NCBI GenBank assembly: GCA_044342325.1
Contig: JBIIPZ010000042.1
Coordinates: 1 to 22,357, forward strand
From: Terrimicrobiaceae bacterium
GTDB taxonomy: Bacteria > Verrucomicrobiota > Verrucomicrobiia > Chthoniobacterales > Terrimicrobiaceae
Reading direction: 5' to 3'
Length of the DNA stretch: 22,357 nt
The first letter of the stretch is position 1; every line of letters begins with the position of its first letter. This document shows positions 1-7,938 of this stretch, in pieces. Both the position numbers and the translations under genes were made by a program. Below the pieces are notes generated by a model that saw nothing but the letters and a program-made list of their open reading frames with translations, was not told the origin of the DNA and did not search any database.

Positions 1-658
1 CGCCACTAAAAGTAATGTTTCCCGTGGTGCCAAGCGCATTTGCGTTGCCGATCTGAAGGGTGCCGGCGCTGATGGTCGTGCCACCGGTGTAGGTATTGTT
101 GCCGGAGAGAGTCAGCATGCCGCCGCCGGTGCTGGCAGTGCCTGACTTTGTTAGCGACCTGCTTCCAGAAGCATTTAAAATGTTGCCGCTGATAATCAGG
201 TTGTGTCCAGCGCCAACTTTGATGATTTTGCTGGCAGTCAGATTCATGGTCAGGCTGATGATGTCCGTGAGGGTTCCGCTAGTGGTTGCCGTCGTGACGA
301 TGTCTTGAGCACCACTACCCGGGTTTATGGAATTGCCACTCAGGGTGAAATTACCCGTCTTGCCAGCCGAACCATCATTGGTGAAGTTGATTCCACCGTA
401 AGTGGTTCCGGCTGCAAGGTCGTTTATCGTGATAGTCTGCGAGGTGCCAGAGAAAGTGAGAGTGTCGCCAGAGACTGGAGCAGTTCCGGCCCAATTAGCG
501 CCTGTAGTCCAGCTGCCGTTTCCACCGCCGCCACTCCAGGTGACGGTGGCCGCGTAGGTGGCAGGACTTAAAATTGCGAGTGTGAGAATAAATGCGATCC
601 CTGCAAGAACGAGGCTATGCGCCAGATGGGAGGTGGTTAAGGTTCTTGAGGTTTTCAT
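1..658 (-). CDS. Secreted autotransporter-associated beta-strand repeat protein (5' part; runs off the left edge)
   Basis: Manual translation from ATG 658 is open to position 1: MKTSRTLTTSHLAHSLVLAGIAFILTLAILSPATYA-ATVTWSGGGGNGSWTTGANW...SLTKSG...LTLSGNNTYTGGTTISAGTLQIGNANALGTTGNITFSG. Shows a signal peptide, G/T/S/N-rich composition and the canonical LTLSGxNTYTGGTTIxAGTL repeat. Not in the ORF track because there is no stop in the window. Confidence 0.92.
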   Translation of the reverse strand, partial: MKTSRTLTTSHLAHSLVLAGIAFILTLAILSPATYAATVTWSGGGGNGSWTTGANWAGTAPVSGDTLTFSGTSQTITINDLAAGTTYGGINFTNDGSAGKTGNFTLSGNSINPGSGAQDIVTTATTSGTLTDIISLTMNLTASKIIKVGAGHNLIISGNILNASGSRSLTKSGTASTGGGMLTLSGNNTYTGGTTISAGTLQIGNANALGTTGNITFSG

Positions 659-765
659 TCGGGAGGGGGGCTCGATTACAGGTGGCATGCACAGCGGAAC
701 TGACACTCGTAATGAAGGTTTCCGAGTGCTTTAAGCCGCACAGTGAATATTGTGACGAAAAAAAG
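576..765. repeat. Diverged direct repeat, copy A (promoter, 5' UTR and first 28 codons)
   Basis: 576-659 aligns without gaps to 21351-21434 at 73/84 nt by manual count. Further shared blocks are ggtggcatgcaca (681-693 vs 21463-21475) and the promoter motif. Confidence 0.9.
731..760 (-). promoter_or_regulatory. Putative ECF sigma promoter, copy 1 (beta-strand repeat gene)
   Basis: Minus strand TTTCGTCACAATATTCACTGTGCGGCTTAA, 72 nt upstream of ATG 658. Confidence 0.7.
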
Positions 766-776
766 TAGCCGCTCAT

Positions 777-903
777 TTATTTTTTTGGGTGGCCGATTGA
801 ATCAATCCATGCCCAGTGCTTGTAGTTTGTTGGCGCTTTTTTGGGAGCAACGAGACTATGGACTGTGGTCACTTGAGTGAATCAGCCACCCAGATTATTT
901 TTT
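777..903. repeat. Inverted-repeat-bounded ~109 bp element flanked by a 9 bp direct repeat (MITE-like scar or structured RNA)
   Basis: tgggtggccgattgaatcaa (786-805) matches the reverse complement of 873-892 at 17/20. TTATTTTTT occurs at 777-785 and 895-903. Confidence 0.45.
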
Positions 904-1002
904 GGCGTTTCTCGGCTAACAATCTGTAGCGAACAATGAGATCCGTCTCGACGGTCACTAACAAGGGCGAATAAAAAAATGAATGACTTCAATCGCGGAT
1001 GA

Positions 1003-2151
1003 TCATTCCCCGAATAAATCGCTGACACTGAATTGGTAAGTTGTCTGGCTCTGGTAGGTTTCGCCGGGCCGGAGAATCGTATTTGGAAATTGCGGCTGGT
1101 TGGGGCTGTCGGGAAAGTGCTGCGTTTCCAGACAGAGAGCGCTTTGCCGCGCATAGGGACGGCCGGATTTCCCGGTCAGGGAACCGTCGAGGAAGTTTGC
1201 GGTGTAGAGTTGGAGTCCCGGTTGATCGGTAAAGACCTTCATCATCCGGCCGCTGCTTTTCTCGTAGAGGATCGCGGCTGGTAATGTGTCGTCCTGGCGC
1301 GGATTGAGGACAAAGGTGTGGTCATACCCGCTGCCGTGGGCCAGTTGCTCATTGGGCCGGTCGATATCCCGACCGACTGGCTTGGGTTGGCGAAAATCGA
1401 ACGGCGTATCGGCGACAGGCACGATTTTCCCGGTGGGAACCGAGGTCTTGTCGATCGGGAGCATGCCGTCGGCGTTGATCTTGAGGTCGTGCAGCAGCAC
1501 AGTCTCGGAGCCCTCACCTGCCAGATTGAAATAGCTGTGATTCGATAAATTGACCGGTGTCGCGCGGTCGGTCGTGGCCCGGTAATCAATGATGAGTTCG
1601 TTCTTGTCGGTGAGCGTGTAGGTTACGCAGACATCGAGATTTCCAGGATACCCCTCCTCCCCGGCCGGCGAGGTGCGGTGGAATACCACGCTGTTTCCGG
1701 TTTGCTTGGCATCCCAGACGACCTTGTCGAAGCCGATGGCGCCGCCGTGGTTGTGGTTCGGACCATTGTTCTTGGCAAGCACATACTCGACGCCATCTAG
1801 GGTGAATAGCCCGTTGGCAATACGCCCTGCGTATCGGCCGAGCGTGACCCCGAGGTAGGGCTTCTTGGGAGATGACCTATAGGGTTCGATCGTGTCAAAA
1901 CCAAGGACGACATCCGCAAAGTGGCCATTGCGATCGGGAACTTTGATCGAGGTAATCCGTGCGCCGTAGGCGGCCAGTCGCACCTCCATTCCCTTCGCAT
2001 TCTTCAAATCAAACTGCGCATCCGGGTCGACGCTCTGCTTTGCCTCGAGTTGGACTCCAGCCAGGGCGATCGCGATCAGCAAGTAGGCGATCAGGTATTC
2101 ACCGCAGGAGGGCAAGTGTCGGGGGAATGGGGCAGGGATGCCTTTAATCAT
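1003..2151 (-). CDS. galM: Aldose 1-epimerase (galactose mutarotase) with N-terminal hydrophobic signal-like segment
   Basis: Motifs GRYAGRI, HGG, NLSNHSYFNL, GYDH, LETQHFPDSPN. Start moved from 2316 to ATG 2151 (MIKGIP...), which lies 40 nt downstream of a promoter-motif copy and precedes YLIAYLLIAIALAG. Confidence 0.93.
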   Translation of the reverse strand: MIKGIPAPFPRHLPSCGEYLIAYLLIAIALAGVQLEAKQSVDPDAQFDLKNAKGMEVRLAAYGARITSIKVPDRNGHFADVVLGFDTIEPYRSSPKKPYLGVTLGRYAGRIANGLFTLDGVEYVLAKNNGPNHNHGGAIGFDKVVWDAKQTGNSVVFHRTSPAGEEGYPGNLDVCVTYTLTDKNELIIDYRATTDRATPVNLSNHSYFNLAGEGSETVLLHDLKINADGMLPIDKTSVPTGKIVPVADTPFDFRQPKPVGRDIDRPNEQLAHGSGYDHTFVLNPRQDDTLPAAILYEKSSGRMMKVFTDQPGLQLYTANFLDGSLTGKSGRPYARQSALCLETQHFPDSPNQPQFPNTILRPGETYQSQTTYQFSVSDLFGE

Positions 2152-2191
2152 TGGAGCGTCAGGGTCAGTGGAAATGTGAAGGGACACTGAG

Positions 2192-2222
2192 ATTAGCCGC
2201 TTTGGCCGGTTATATGACGAAA
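2192..2222 (-). promoter_or_regulatory. Putative ECF sigma promoter, copy 2 (galM)
   Basis: Minus strand TTTCGTCATATAACCGGCCAAAGCGGCTAAT; spacer one nt longer than in the other copies. Confidence 0.6.
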
Positions 2223-2346
2223 GTAATCTGCTGTGATTGATAAGATTTGTATTATGAAGAAAAAACGCGAGGTTGCAAAAGAGGACAAGGCGGGTGCGCG
2301 GCGCACACCCATTCAATGTTAAAAATATTCATGCTGAAGAGCAAAT

Positions 2347-2376
2347 TTTCGTCATATCTACTGCATTTTGTCTGAA
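2347..2376 (+). promoter_or_regulatory. Putative ECF sigma promoter, copy 3 (autoregulatory; sigma gene)
   Basis: TTTCGTCATATCTACTGCATTTTGTCTGAA, ending 13 nt before sigma ATG 2390. Confidence 0.7.
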
Positions 2377-2389
2377 TTATAATTAAGTT

Positions 2390-2932
2390 ATGGATGAAAA
2401 TATACCGGACACAAGCGAACCGACGCCCGAATTCGTCCAGAGGCTGATGGCCTCTCAAAGCGCCATGTATGCCTTCATTGTTTCACTCTTGGGCGGAGCG
2501 AATGACGCAGACGATGTGTTGCAGGAGACGAACATGAAGCTCTGCCGCAGGTGTTCCCAATACGACCGGGAGCAGCCCTTTCTGCGTTGGGCCTACACAT
2601 TCGCCCGCTTTGAGGTTATGGCCTATCGAAAAAGCAAGCAGCGGTCCCGTTTGGTGCTGGACGACGAATTGCTCGCAAACATAGCTGGTGAATTGGAGAA
2701 ATCGGCTGAGGATGCAGACTCTCGGCTCAAGATGTTGGAGCGATGCATAGAGCGTCTGAACCCGAGGCAGCGCGAACTCATCTCTGCCCGCTATGGTCGT
2801 GGTGAGGCCGTGAGGGACATCGCTGAGCGGCTTTCCCGCCCGGAGAACGCGATGGCTGCTTTATTTTATCGCTTGCGCAAAATACTTGCAGACTGTGTGC
2901 AAACGATGATCGGAAAGGAGGGAATCGCATGA
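2390..2932 (+). CDS. ECF RNA polymerase sigma-70 factor, Rhodopirellula/Verrucomicrobium-type
   Basis: 180 aa. Region 2: MYAFIVSLLG..DADDVLQET..FLRWAYTFARFEV. Region 4: CIERLNPRQRELISARY...IAERLSRP...YRLRKILADCV. ATGA overlap with the FecR gene. Confidence 0.95.
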   Translation: MDENIPDTSEPTPEFVQRLMASQSAMYAFIVSLLGGANDADDVLQETNMKLCRRCSQYDREQPFLRWAYTFARFEVMAYRKSKQRSRLVLDDELLANIAGELEKSAEDADSRLKMLERCIERLNPRQRELISARYGRGEAVRDIAERLSRPENAMAALFYRLRKILADCVQTMIGKEGIA

Positions 2933-4350
2933 AGAATGACCACCCCACTTTCGAACAACTGTGTCATGCGGTGTTGGAGGGCAGCGCCAGCGAGGCGGAG
3001 CTTGAACAGTTCCGAGAGAGGTTGCACAGCAATGAGGCCGATCGCGAGGCTTACTACCAGCAAGCTCAGATTCATGCCTTACTCATTTGGAAAAACGGGC
3101 GCGCCGCCGTGCCGGAATCGCTCGTCTTGGCACCGATGGATTATCCATCTCAACCCAATATCATCCCGTTTCCGTTGAATAAATTACTTCATTTCCGCAG
3201 GGCTGCGCTTGCGGCAGCGGCTGCGGTGGCGTTGCTCTTGGGGCTCGCGTTTTTACTGATGCCAGATCGCGACCATCAAGTTCTGTCGCTCGCCGTCCAA
3301 AAAGGAGTGTCCGTGGACATTCTGGCGTCTTCAGGATCACCTTACCAGGTGGGGCAGCGGGTGATTTTGGAGCGGCTCGAAATGCAGACAGGTTCGCTGC
3401 GGTTCCGAATTTCTTCGGGAGCGGTGCTGGATTTTGAAGGTCCAGTGAGTTTGGAGTTTTTGAATCCGATGCGGCTGAGGTTGGAGCGGGGCAGTATCAA
3501 CACCGATGTAGGGAATGAAGCCAAAGGGTTCGTGGTTGAAACGCCCACGGCCAACGTGCTGGATATTGGCACGCGCTTCGGCACTTCGGTGTGCGCGGAC
3601 GGCAGCACCGACATTGCGGTCTTTGAGGGGGAAGTTCAGGTTTACCGGGCAGGACTTCCGCTGACGCAAGAAAGCCGACTCGCGAGTCTCGTTGAAGGGG
3701 AGGCGGCGCGCATGAGCGCCCGGGACGCCAAACTTGAGCGCGTGAACATGCTGACGCTGAAAGGGGGGCGTTTGCAGGTTCGTGGTCTTAACTCCCCTGA
3801 CTCCCCAGTCGTTCTGAATGTTTCGGACAATATCAAGAAGGCCAATTTTTACCGTTGTTACACCGTCGTGCCAGGGGGTATGGCCGAGGGGGCGCTGGCT
3901 TCCCTGTCTCTCAAGGCGTATCTCCAACTCAAATGGCACGCATTGCCCGGACAGCCCTTTCCAGAGGAATTGAAGGGTGCGGACTTGATTGGGACTTTTC
4001 AGAGTGTTGCAACTCGTGAAAGGGGTGAGACGTCAAAAAACGATATCAGCCTTGATTTATCCCGCCCGTGTGCGGTTTATGTGCTGTTTGATACCCAAGC
4101 CACACCGCCCGAGTGGTTGCAGCGGGACTTTCGAGATACAGGGCTGCGCTTGCGCAGCGGTCCGTGGGGGAAATTTGCGCGTGAAGTCAGAGACCTTGAG
4201 CCAGACGCCAATGGCGATCTAAATGTGACCCATTCCGTGTGGCGTCGGGATGTGCTGTCCGCCGCTACCGTGAAACTCGGCCCACCCGGCAACCCAGGGA
4301 CAAGTTATCCATATGCCATGTATGGTGTTGCAGTGAAGGCGCTGGAGTAA
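2929..4350 (+). CDS. FecR-domain anti-sigma factor with an additional C-terminal periplasmic domain
   Basis: N-terminal helical anti-sigma-like domain, one TM segment (AALAAAAAVALLLGLAFLLM), FecR core GFVVETPTANVLDIGTRFG...VFEGEV, then ~180 aa extra C-terminal domain. Confidence 0.9.
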   Translation: MKNDHPTFEQLCHAVLEGSASEAELEQFRERLHSNEADREAYYQQAQIHALLIWKNGRAAVPESLVLAPMDYPSQPNIIPFPLNKLLHFRRAALAAAAAVALLLGLAFLLMPDRDHQVLSLAVQKGVSVDILASSGSPYQVGQRVILERLEMQTGSLRFRISSGAVLDFEGPVSLEFLNPMRLRLERGSINTDVGNEAKGFVVETPTANVLDIGTRFGTSVCADGSTDIAVFEGEVQVYRAGLPLTQESRLASLVEGEAARMSARDAKLERVNMLTLKGGRLQVRGLNSPDSPVVLNVSDNIKKANFYRCYTVVPGGMAEGALASLSLKAYLQLKWHALPGQPFPEELKGADLIGTFQSVATRERGETSKNDISLDLSRPCAVYVLFDTQATPPEWLQRDFRDTGLRLRSGPWGKFAREVRDLEPDANGDLNVTHSVWRRDVLSAATVKLGPPGNPGTSYPYAMYGVAVKALE

Positions 4351-4473
4351 TCGAGCGACTGCCGCGGGCCTGCCTGAAGGAAGCCCCGCCGACTGGATAA
4401 AATGAGCTTTTGTGGAAAGGTGGGCTAGGCCTTACAAGGAGGCGCTTTCCGTTCAATCCCCTTTGGGGGAATG

Positions 4474-4519
4474 GGCTCCGATTTTTGTCTCCATAGCGCA
4501 GAAAACAAAAATCGGATCC
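4474..4519. terminator. Stem-loop between convergent genes (possible bidirectional terminator)
   Basis: Perfect 12 bp inverted repeat tccgatttttgt (4477-4488) / acaaaaatcgga (4505-4516) with a 16 nt loop. No classical U-tract directly adjacent. Confidence 0.4.
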
Positions 4520-4536
4520 GCCTCAGTTTTCCCGTT

Positions 4537-6129
4537 TCACCCCGCGAAGGCAGCGTAGATGCCAATCACCAGAAGCACGAGCGCGGCGCCGACCCATTTC
4601 GCACCCTTCCAGGGAGTGAGGTCGATTTCGTTGTCGGTCTCTATTTTCCATGCCGTTGCGCTCGGGGCGACTGTTCCCATGAGGAGCAGAAATGCGACGA
4701 GGAGGGCGAAGACGATGCCGATAAAATGGAATCCATGGATGTGAGCGGCTGCGAGTGCGTCGGCGGCGGGTTTCACAAAATAGCCCACCGAGATCAACAC
4801 GATGCCAGCGACCATGGCGATGGAGGCCGAGAAGGCGGGCACGCGCGGGTGCAACATTCCAACGACGACCACCGAAAAGATGGGAATGAAATAGATCGCG
4901 TTCATTTTTTGCAGGTATCCGAAGATTGTGTCCTGCCCGATGAGAAGCGGCGCCCCGAGCATCGCTGAGATGGCCACTGTGACCACGAACCATTTCGCCG
5001 CCCGGACGGTTTGCTCCTCCGTGCCGGCGGGGTTGATCACATGCTTGTAGAGGCCGATGGAGAAAAGGGCCGATGTGCTGTTCAGCGCTGCGTTGAATGA
5101 GCTGAGGATGGCCCCCACCATGACCGCTGCGAAGAAACCGGTGAGGTGCTGTGGCAGGAGATCCTTCACCAGAGTGCCGTAGGCCTGGTCATTGGGAAGT
5201 CCTTGGCCCTGATAAATCTGGTAGGCGGCAAGACCCGGCAACACGAGGTAGAGAGGCCCGAGCAACTTCAGCGCGCCCGTGAGCAATACGCCTTTCTGAC
5301 CTTCAGCAAGGCTCGATGCCCCGAAGGTGCGCTGAATGATTTGCTGGTTCGTGCACCAATAGAAAAGATTCAGAAGCGCGACGCCGGTGAAAAGGGTCGA
5401 GAAAGGAACCTCGGAGCCTTCCGCTCCCATCGAGTTCATGCGACCGGGTTGGCCTGCATTGAGCGCTTCCCATCCGGCCACGATGCCTTGGCTATTGCCT
5501 ACCGCATTGAGTGCGTAATAGCCAACCAGCAAACCTCCGATCAGCAGACCCACCCCATTGATCGTATCCAGCACGGCGAGCGTGCGCAGCCCGCCGAATC
5601 GCGCATACAGCATACCCATGACACCGATTAGGACCACTGTGCCCGCCAAAAGAGTGGTGTATTCCTTGATGCCGGTTAAAGCCTGAAGGTCGATCATGCT
5701 AATCAATCCGACGGCTCCCGTATAAAGGATAAGCGGGATGAGTAGGAACGTGTAAGCCAGAAGGAAAATCGTGTTTGCGATGCTCTGCGCGGTTTTATCA
5801 AAGCGCTTTTCTAAAAACTGCGGCACCGTGGTGATCCCGGTGCGCAGGAAGCGTGGAAGGAAAAAAAGAGCCATCAGCACCAGCGCAATGACAGCCACCA
5901 CCTCCCAAGCCATGACGCTGAGACCGTGCGCGTAGGCGGAGCCATTGAGACCGACCATTTGTTCCGTTGAGAGATTCGTGAGCAGCAGCGAGCCGGCAAT
6001 GATTGGAAAAGTCAGCGAGCGCCCCCCGAGGAAGAAGCCGTCGGAACTTTGGGCCTCATCCTTGCGCGTAAAAAACCAAGTGAGACCCGAAGCAAGGGCG
6101 GTGAAGAGTAGGAATGAGATGATTGTCAT
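4537..6129 (-). CDS. yidK: Sodium:solute symporter (SSS), YidK-like sugar transporter
   Basis: 530 aa, many TM helices. Motifs GFFLGGRSL, SLLLTNLSTEQMVGLNG, MAWEV, FYWCTNQQIIQR, GAILSSFNAALNS resemble E. coli YidK, which is itself encoded next to a sulfatase. Confidence 0.9.
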   Translation of the reverse strand: MTIISFLLFTALASGLTWFFTRKDEAQSSDGFFLGGRSLTFPIIAGSLLLTNLSTEQMVGLNGSAYAHGLSVMAWEVVAVIALVLMALFFLPRFLRTGITTVPQFLEKRFDKTAQSIANTIFLLAYTFLLIPLILYTGAVGLISMIDLQALTGIKEYTTLLAGTVVLIGVMGMLYARFGGLRTLAVLDTINGVGLLIGGLLVGYYALNAVGNSQGIVAGWEALNAGQPGRMNSMGAEGSEVPFSTLFTGVALLNLFYWCTNQQIIQRTFGASSLAEGQKGVLLTGALKLLGPLYLVLPGLAAYQIYQGQGLPNDQAYGTLVKDLLPQHLTGFFAAVMVGAILSSFNAALNSTSALFSIGLYKHVINPAGTEEQTVRAAKWFVVTVAISAMLGAPLLIGQDTIFGYLQKMNAIYFIPIFSVVVVGMLHPRVPAFSASIAMVAGIVLISVGYFVKPAADALAAAHIHGFHFIGIVFALLVAFLLLMGTVAPSATAWKIETDNEIDLTPWKGAKWVGAALVLLVIGIYAAFAG

Positions 6130-6243
6130 ATGGGGTTGTAGGTTTGGGGTTTTACATCGCCGATTCCCGCATCAGAGAAGGAAAATAGGGTGTTCATGCA
6201 GTGGGGATTAAACTGAAAATGAAGGTCGGTTTTCCCATGAATT

Positions 6244-7884
6244 TCACGGTGTTTTTTCGACCTCAATAAGGTGGAAGACGGTGTCCTCCCCCGACTCATA
6301 GTTCAGCACGATTTCGGACACTTCCGGCAAGGTGACCGTCTTGGTTTTCCACTCGCCGCTGTTGCTGTTCTCAATGCGGGTTCCGTTTTTTCCTGGAATC
6401 CCGAGCGACCATACTCCTGTGCCCTTATCAAGGTAAGTGACAGTCACCTTCGCCATCTTGGAATTAAACGCCGGATCAAGCACGAAGCGCATTTGCTTCT
6501 TGCCGGACTGATGTTCAAAAGCGCGACCGAAGCGGCCATAGATGGTTTCGTCGATGTTCCATCGTCCGACATCGCCGGAGCCCGGGTCGATCTGCGTCAG
6601 GAAGCGGGAGTAGTTCCCCGGCACGGTGCCCCAGCCCACATCGTTGGGACCCTTGGCCTTGCGGTTGATCATGCCCCCGCCTGTCGCCTTTTCTGGATCC
6701 TCCATGCGTGCGCCATAGGCGGCATAGTCTTGAGCAATTTTGAGGTAACGCTCGGCATCCTTTTTGTTCTCCGGCTTGCCGCCGAATTTCGTGGCGGGGA
6801 AGCGGTCGAAGTCGGAGGCGTCGAGCCCGTCGCGAAGAGCACAGAACGCTGCGGGTGCGGTCGAGGCGTTCCTCTGGCCGGCATATTTATTAAAGAAAAC
6901 CAAGGCTGGCCAATTGGCTTTGTCCTTCAACGCCTTGGTGGGAACATTCCAAATGTCCAACCGGCCGTGCGATGCAAAGAGGCCCGACCAGTAGAGGGCT
7001 TGCGGAATATTGCGGTTCGACCAACCCATTTCAAACAACTCGCCATCCATTTCCCCGCGCATAAGAACTGATTTGCCGCGTTTAATTGCTTCGGCTTCGA
7101 TGGCGGCGTGCTTGGCCAGACGCTTGTCATTATCGCTGACCAGATAGCCATGACTGAACATACCCTGCTTTAAAGCAATGACTTGCATGTTATCTATAAG
7201 CCACTGGGATTCCTCACTGCCATTGGCATCGGCATTCACCAGGATGGGCATGCCAGGCATCGCCTTCTGATAGCGAGCCCACGCTTCGAGACGAAAATCG
7301 TTCCAGTCTTCATCCGATATATCCTGCTCTTTATTGATCGGCTTTCCTTTCCAGGGCTGCCCATCACCCGTGGAGCCTTCGGCACATTGGACCATGACAA
7401 TGCGCTCTCGCAGAGTGGGCGGCAAAGAATTGATGTAACTCCCGAAAGCGTCGATCAGTCCGAAAAATGCCTTTTTGTATTCCGTGTGGAGGTAGGTGGG
7501 ATATTTGCTCTGTTTATTGGTTTTCTGGCCCAAAGCATTGACATCCCTATCGGTGGTGACAACGGGCACGCCTTTCGAGTAGATCCACTCAGGCGCATCC
7601 GGCCCCACCCAGATCATCAGCGTCACAAAGAGGCCATCCGCATGCGCGGCTTCGAGTCTTTTGCCGATTATTTTATCGAATGCGTATTTTCCCGGCGCTG
7701 GTTCCAGGTCATCCCACTTGAGAATGAGAGGCACACTGCGCAGTTCCGGACACTCGGCCCGAGATATGTCGCCCGGCTTCCAACCCGCCCAACTGGATAT
7801 ACCAAAGCCAGGTTTCGCCTCTGCCTCCACTCCGGCCACCGAAAGGGTCAGCAGGCCTATAAATGCTAATACTTTCTTTTTCAC
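6244..7884 (-). CDS. Secreted GH42-like TIM-barrel glycoside hydrolase, family unassigned (paralog A)
   Basis: WDDLEPAPGKYAFD, GPDAPEWIY, RGEMD, FFNKYAGQ and a C-terminal YLDKGTG..SGEWKTKT module. Start placed at GTG 7884 (GGAG 7 nt upstream, followed by a signal peptide) rather than TTG 7911. Confidence 0.8.
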   Translation of the reverse strand: MKKKVLAFIGLLTLSVAGVEAEAKPGFGISSWAGWKPGDISRAECPELRSVPLILKWDDLEPAPGKYAFDKIIGKRLEAAHADGLFVTLMIWVGPDAPEWIYSKGVPVVTTDRDVNALGQKTNKQSKYPTYLHTEYKKAFFGLIDAFGSYINSLPPTLRERIVMVQCAEGSTGDGQPWKGKPINKEQDISDEDWNDFRLEAWARYQKAMPGMPILVNADANGSEESQWLIDNMQVIALKQGMFSHGYLVSDNDKRLAKHAAIEAEAIKRGKSVLMRGEMDGELFEMGWSNRNIPQALYWSGLFASHGRLDIWNVPTKALKDKANWPALVFFNKYAGQRNASTAPAAFCALRDGLDASDFDRFPATKFGGKPENKKDAERYLKIAQDYAAYGARMEDPEKATGGGMINRKAKGPNDVGWGTVPGNYSRFLTQIDPGSGDVGRWNIDETIYGRFGRAFEHQSGKKQMRFVLDPAFNSKMAKVTVTYLDKGTGVWSLGIPGKNGTRIENSNSGEWKTKTVTLPEVSEIVLNYESGEDTVFHLIEVEKTP

Positions 7885-7938
7885 AAAATTCTCCAGAAGA
7901 AATAAATGCAAAACAGATTAATGCCATGCGAAGTGAGG

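Noticed and set aside
96..571. Plus-strand ORFs 96-308 and 203-571
   Set aside because: Antisense to the real minus-strand beta-repeat gene starting at 658.
879..910. Possible seventh promoter copy (minus strand GCCA-N14-TGGCTGAT)
   Set aside because: Mismatches in both boxes, lacks the YA and T-tract, and overlaps the inverted-repeat arm.
905..965. CTAAC motifs reminiscent of integron attC ends
   Set aside because: No matching GTTRRRY partner with the required symmetry, no cassette array and no integrase.
2292..2310. Near-palindrome gggtgcgcggcgcacaccc between the divergent promoters
   Set aside because: Single occurrence and GC-rich, so there is no independent support for an operator.
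2152..2316. Extended galM N-terminus in the ORF track
   Set aside because: Non-ATG start, non-protein-like sequence, and it overlaps the promoter motif; ATG 2151 fits better.
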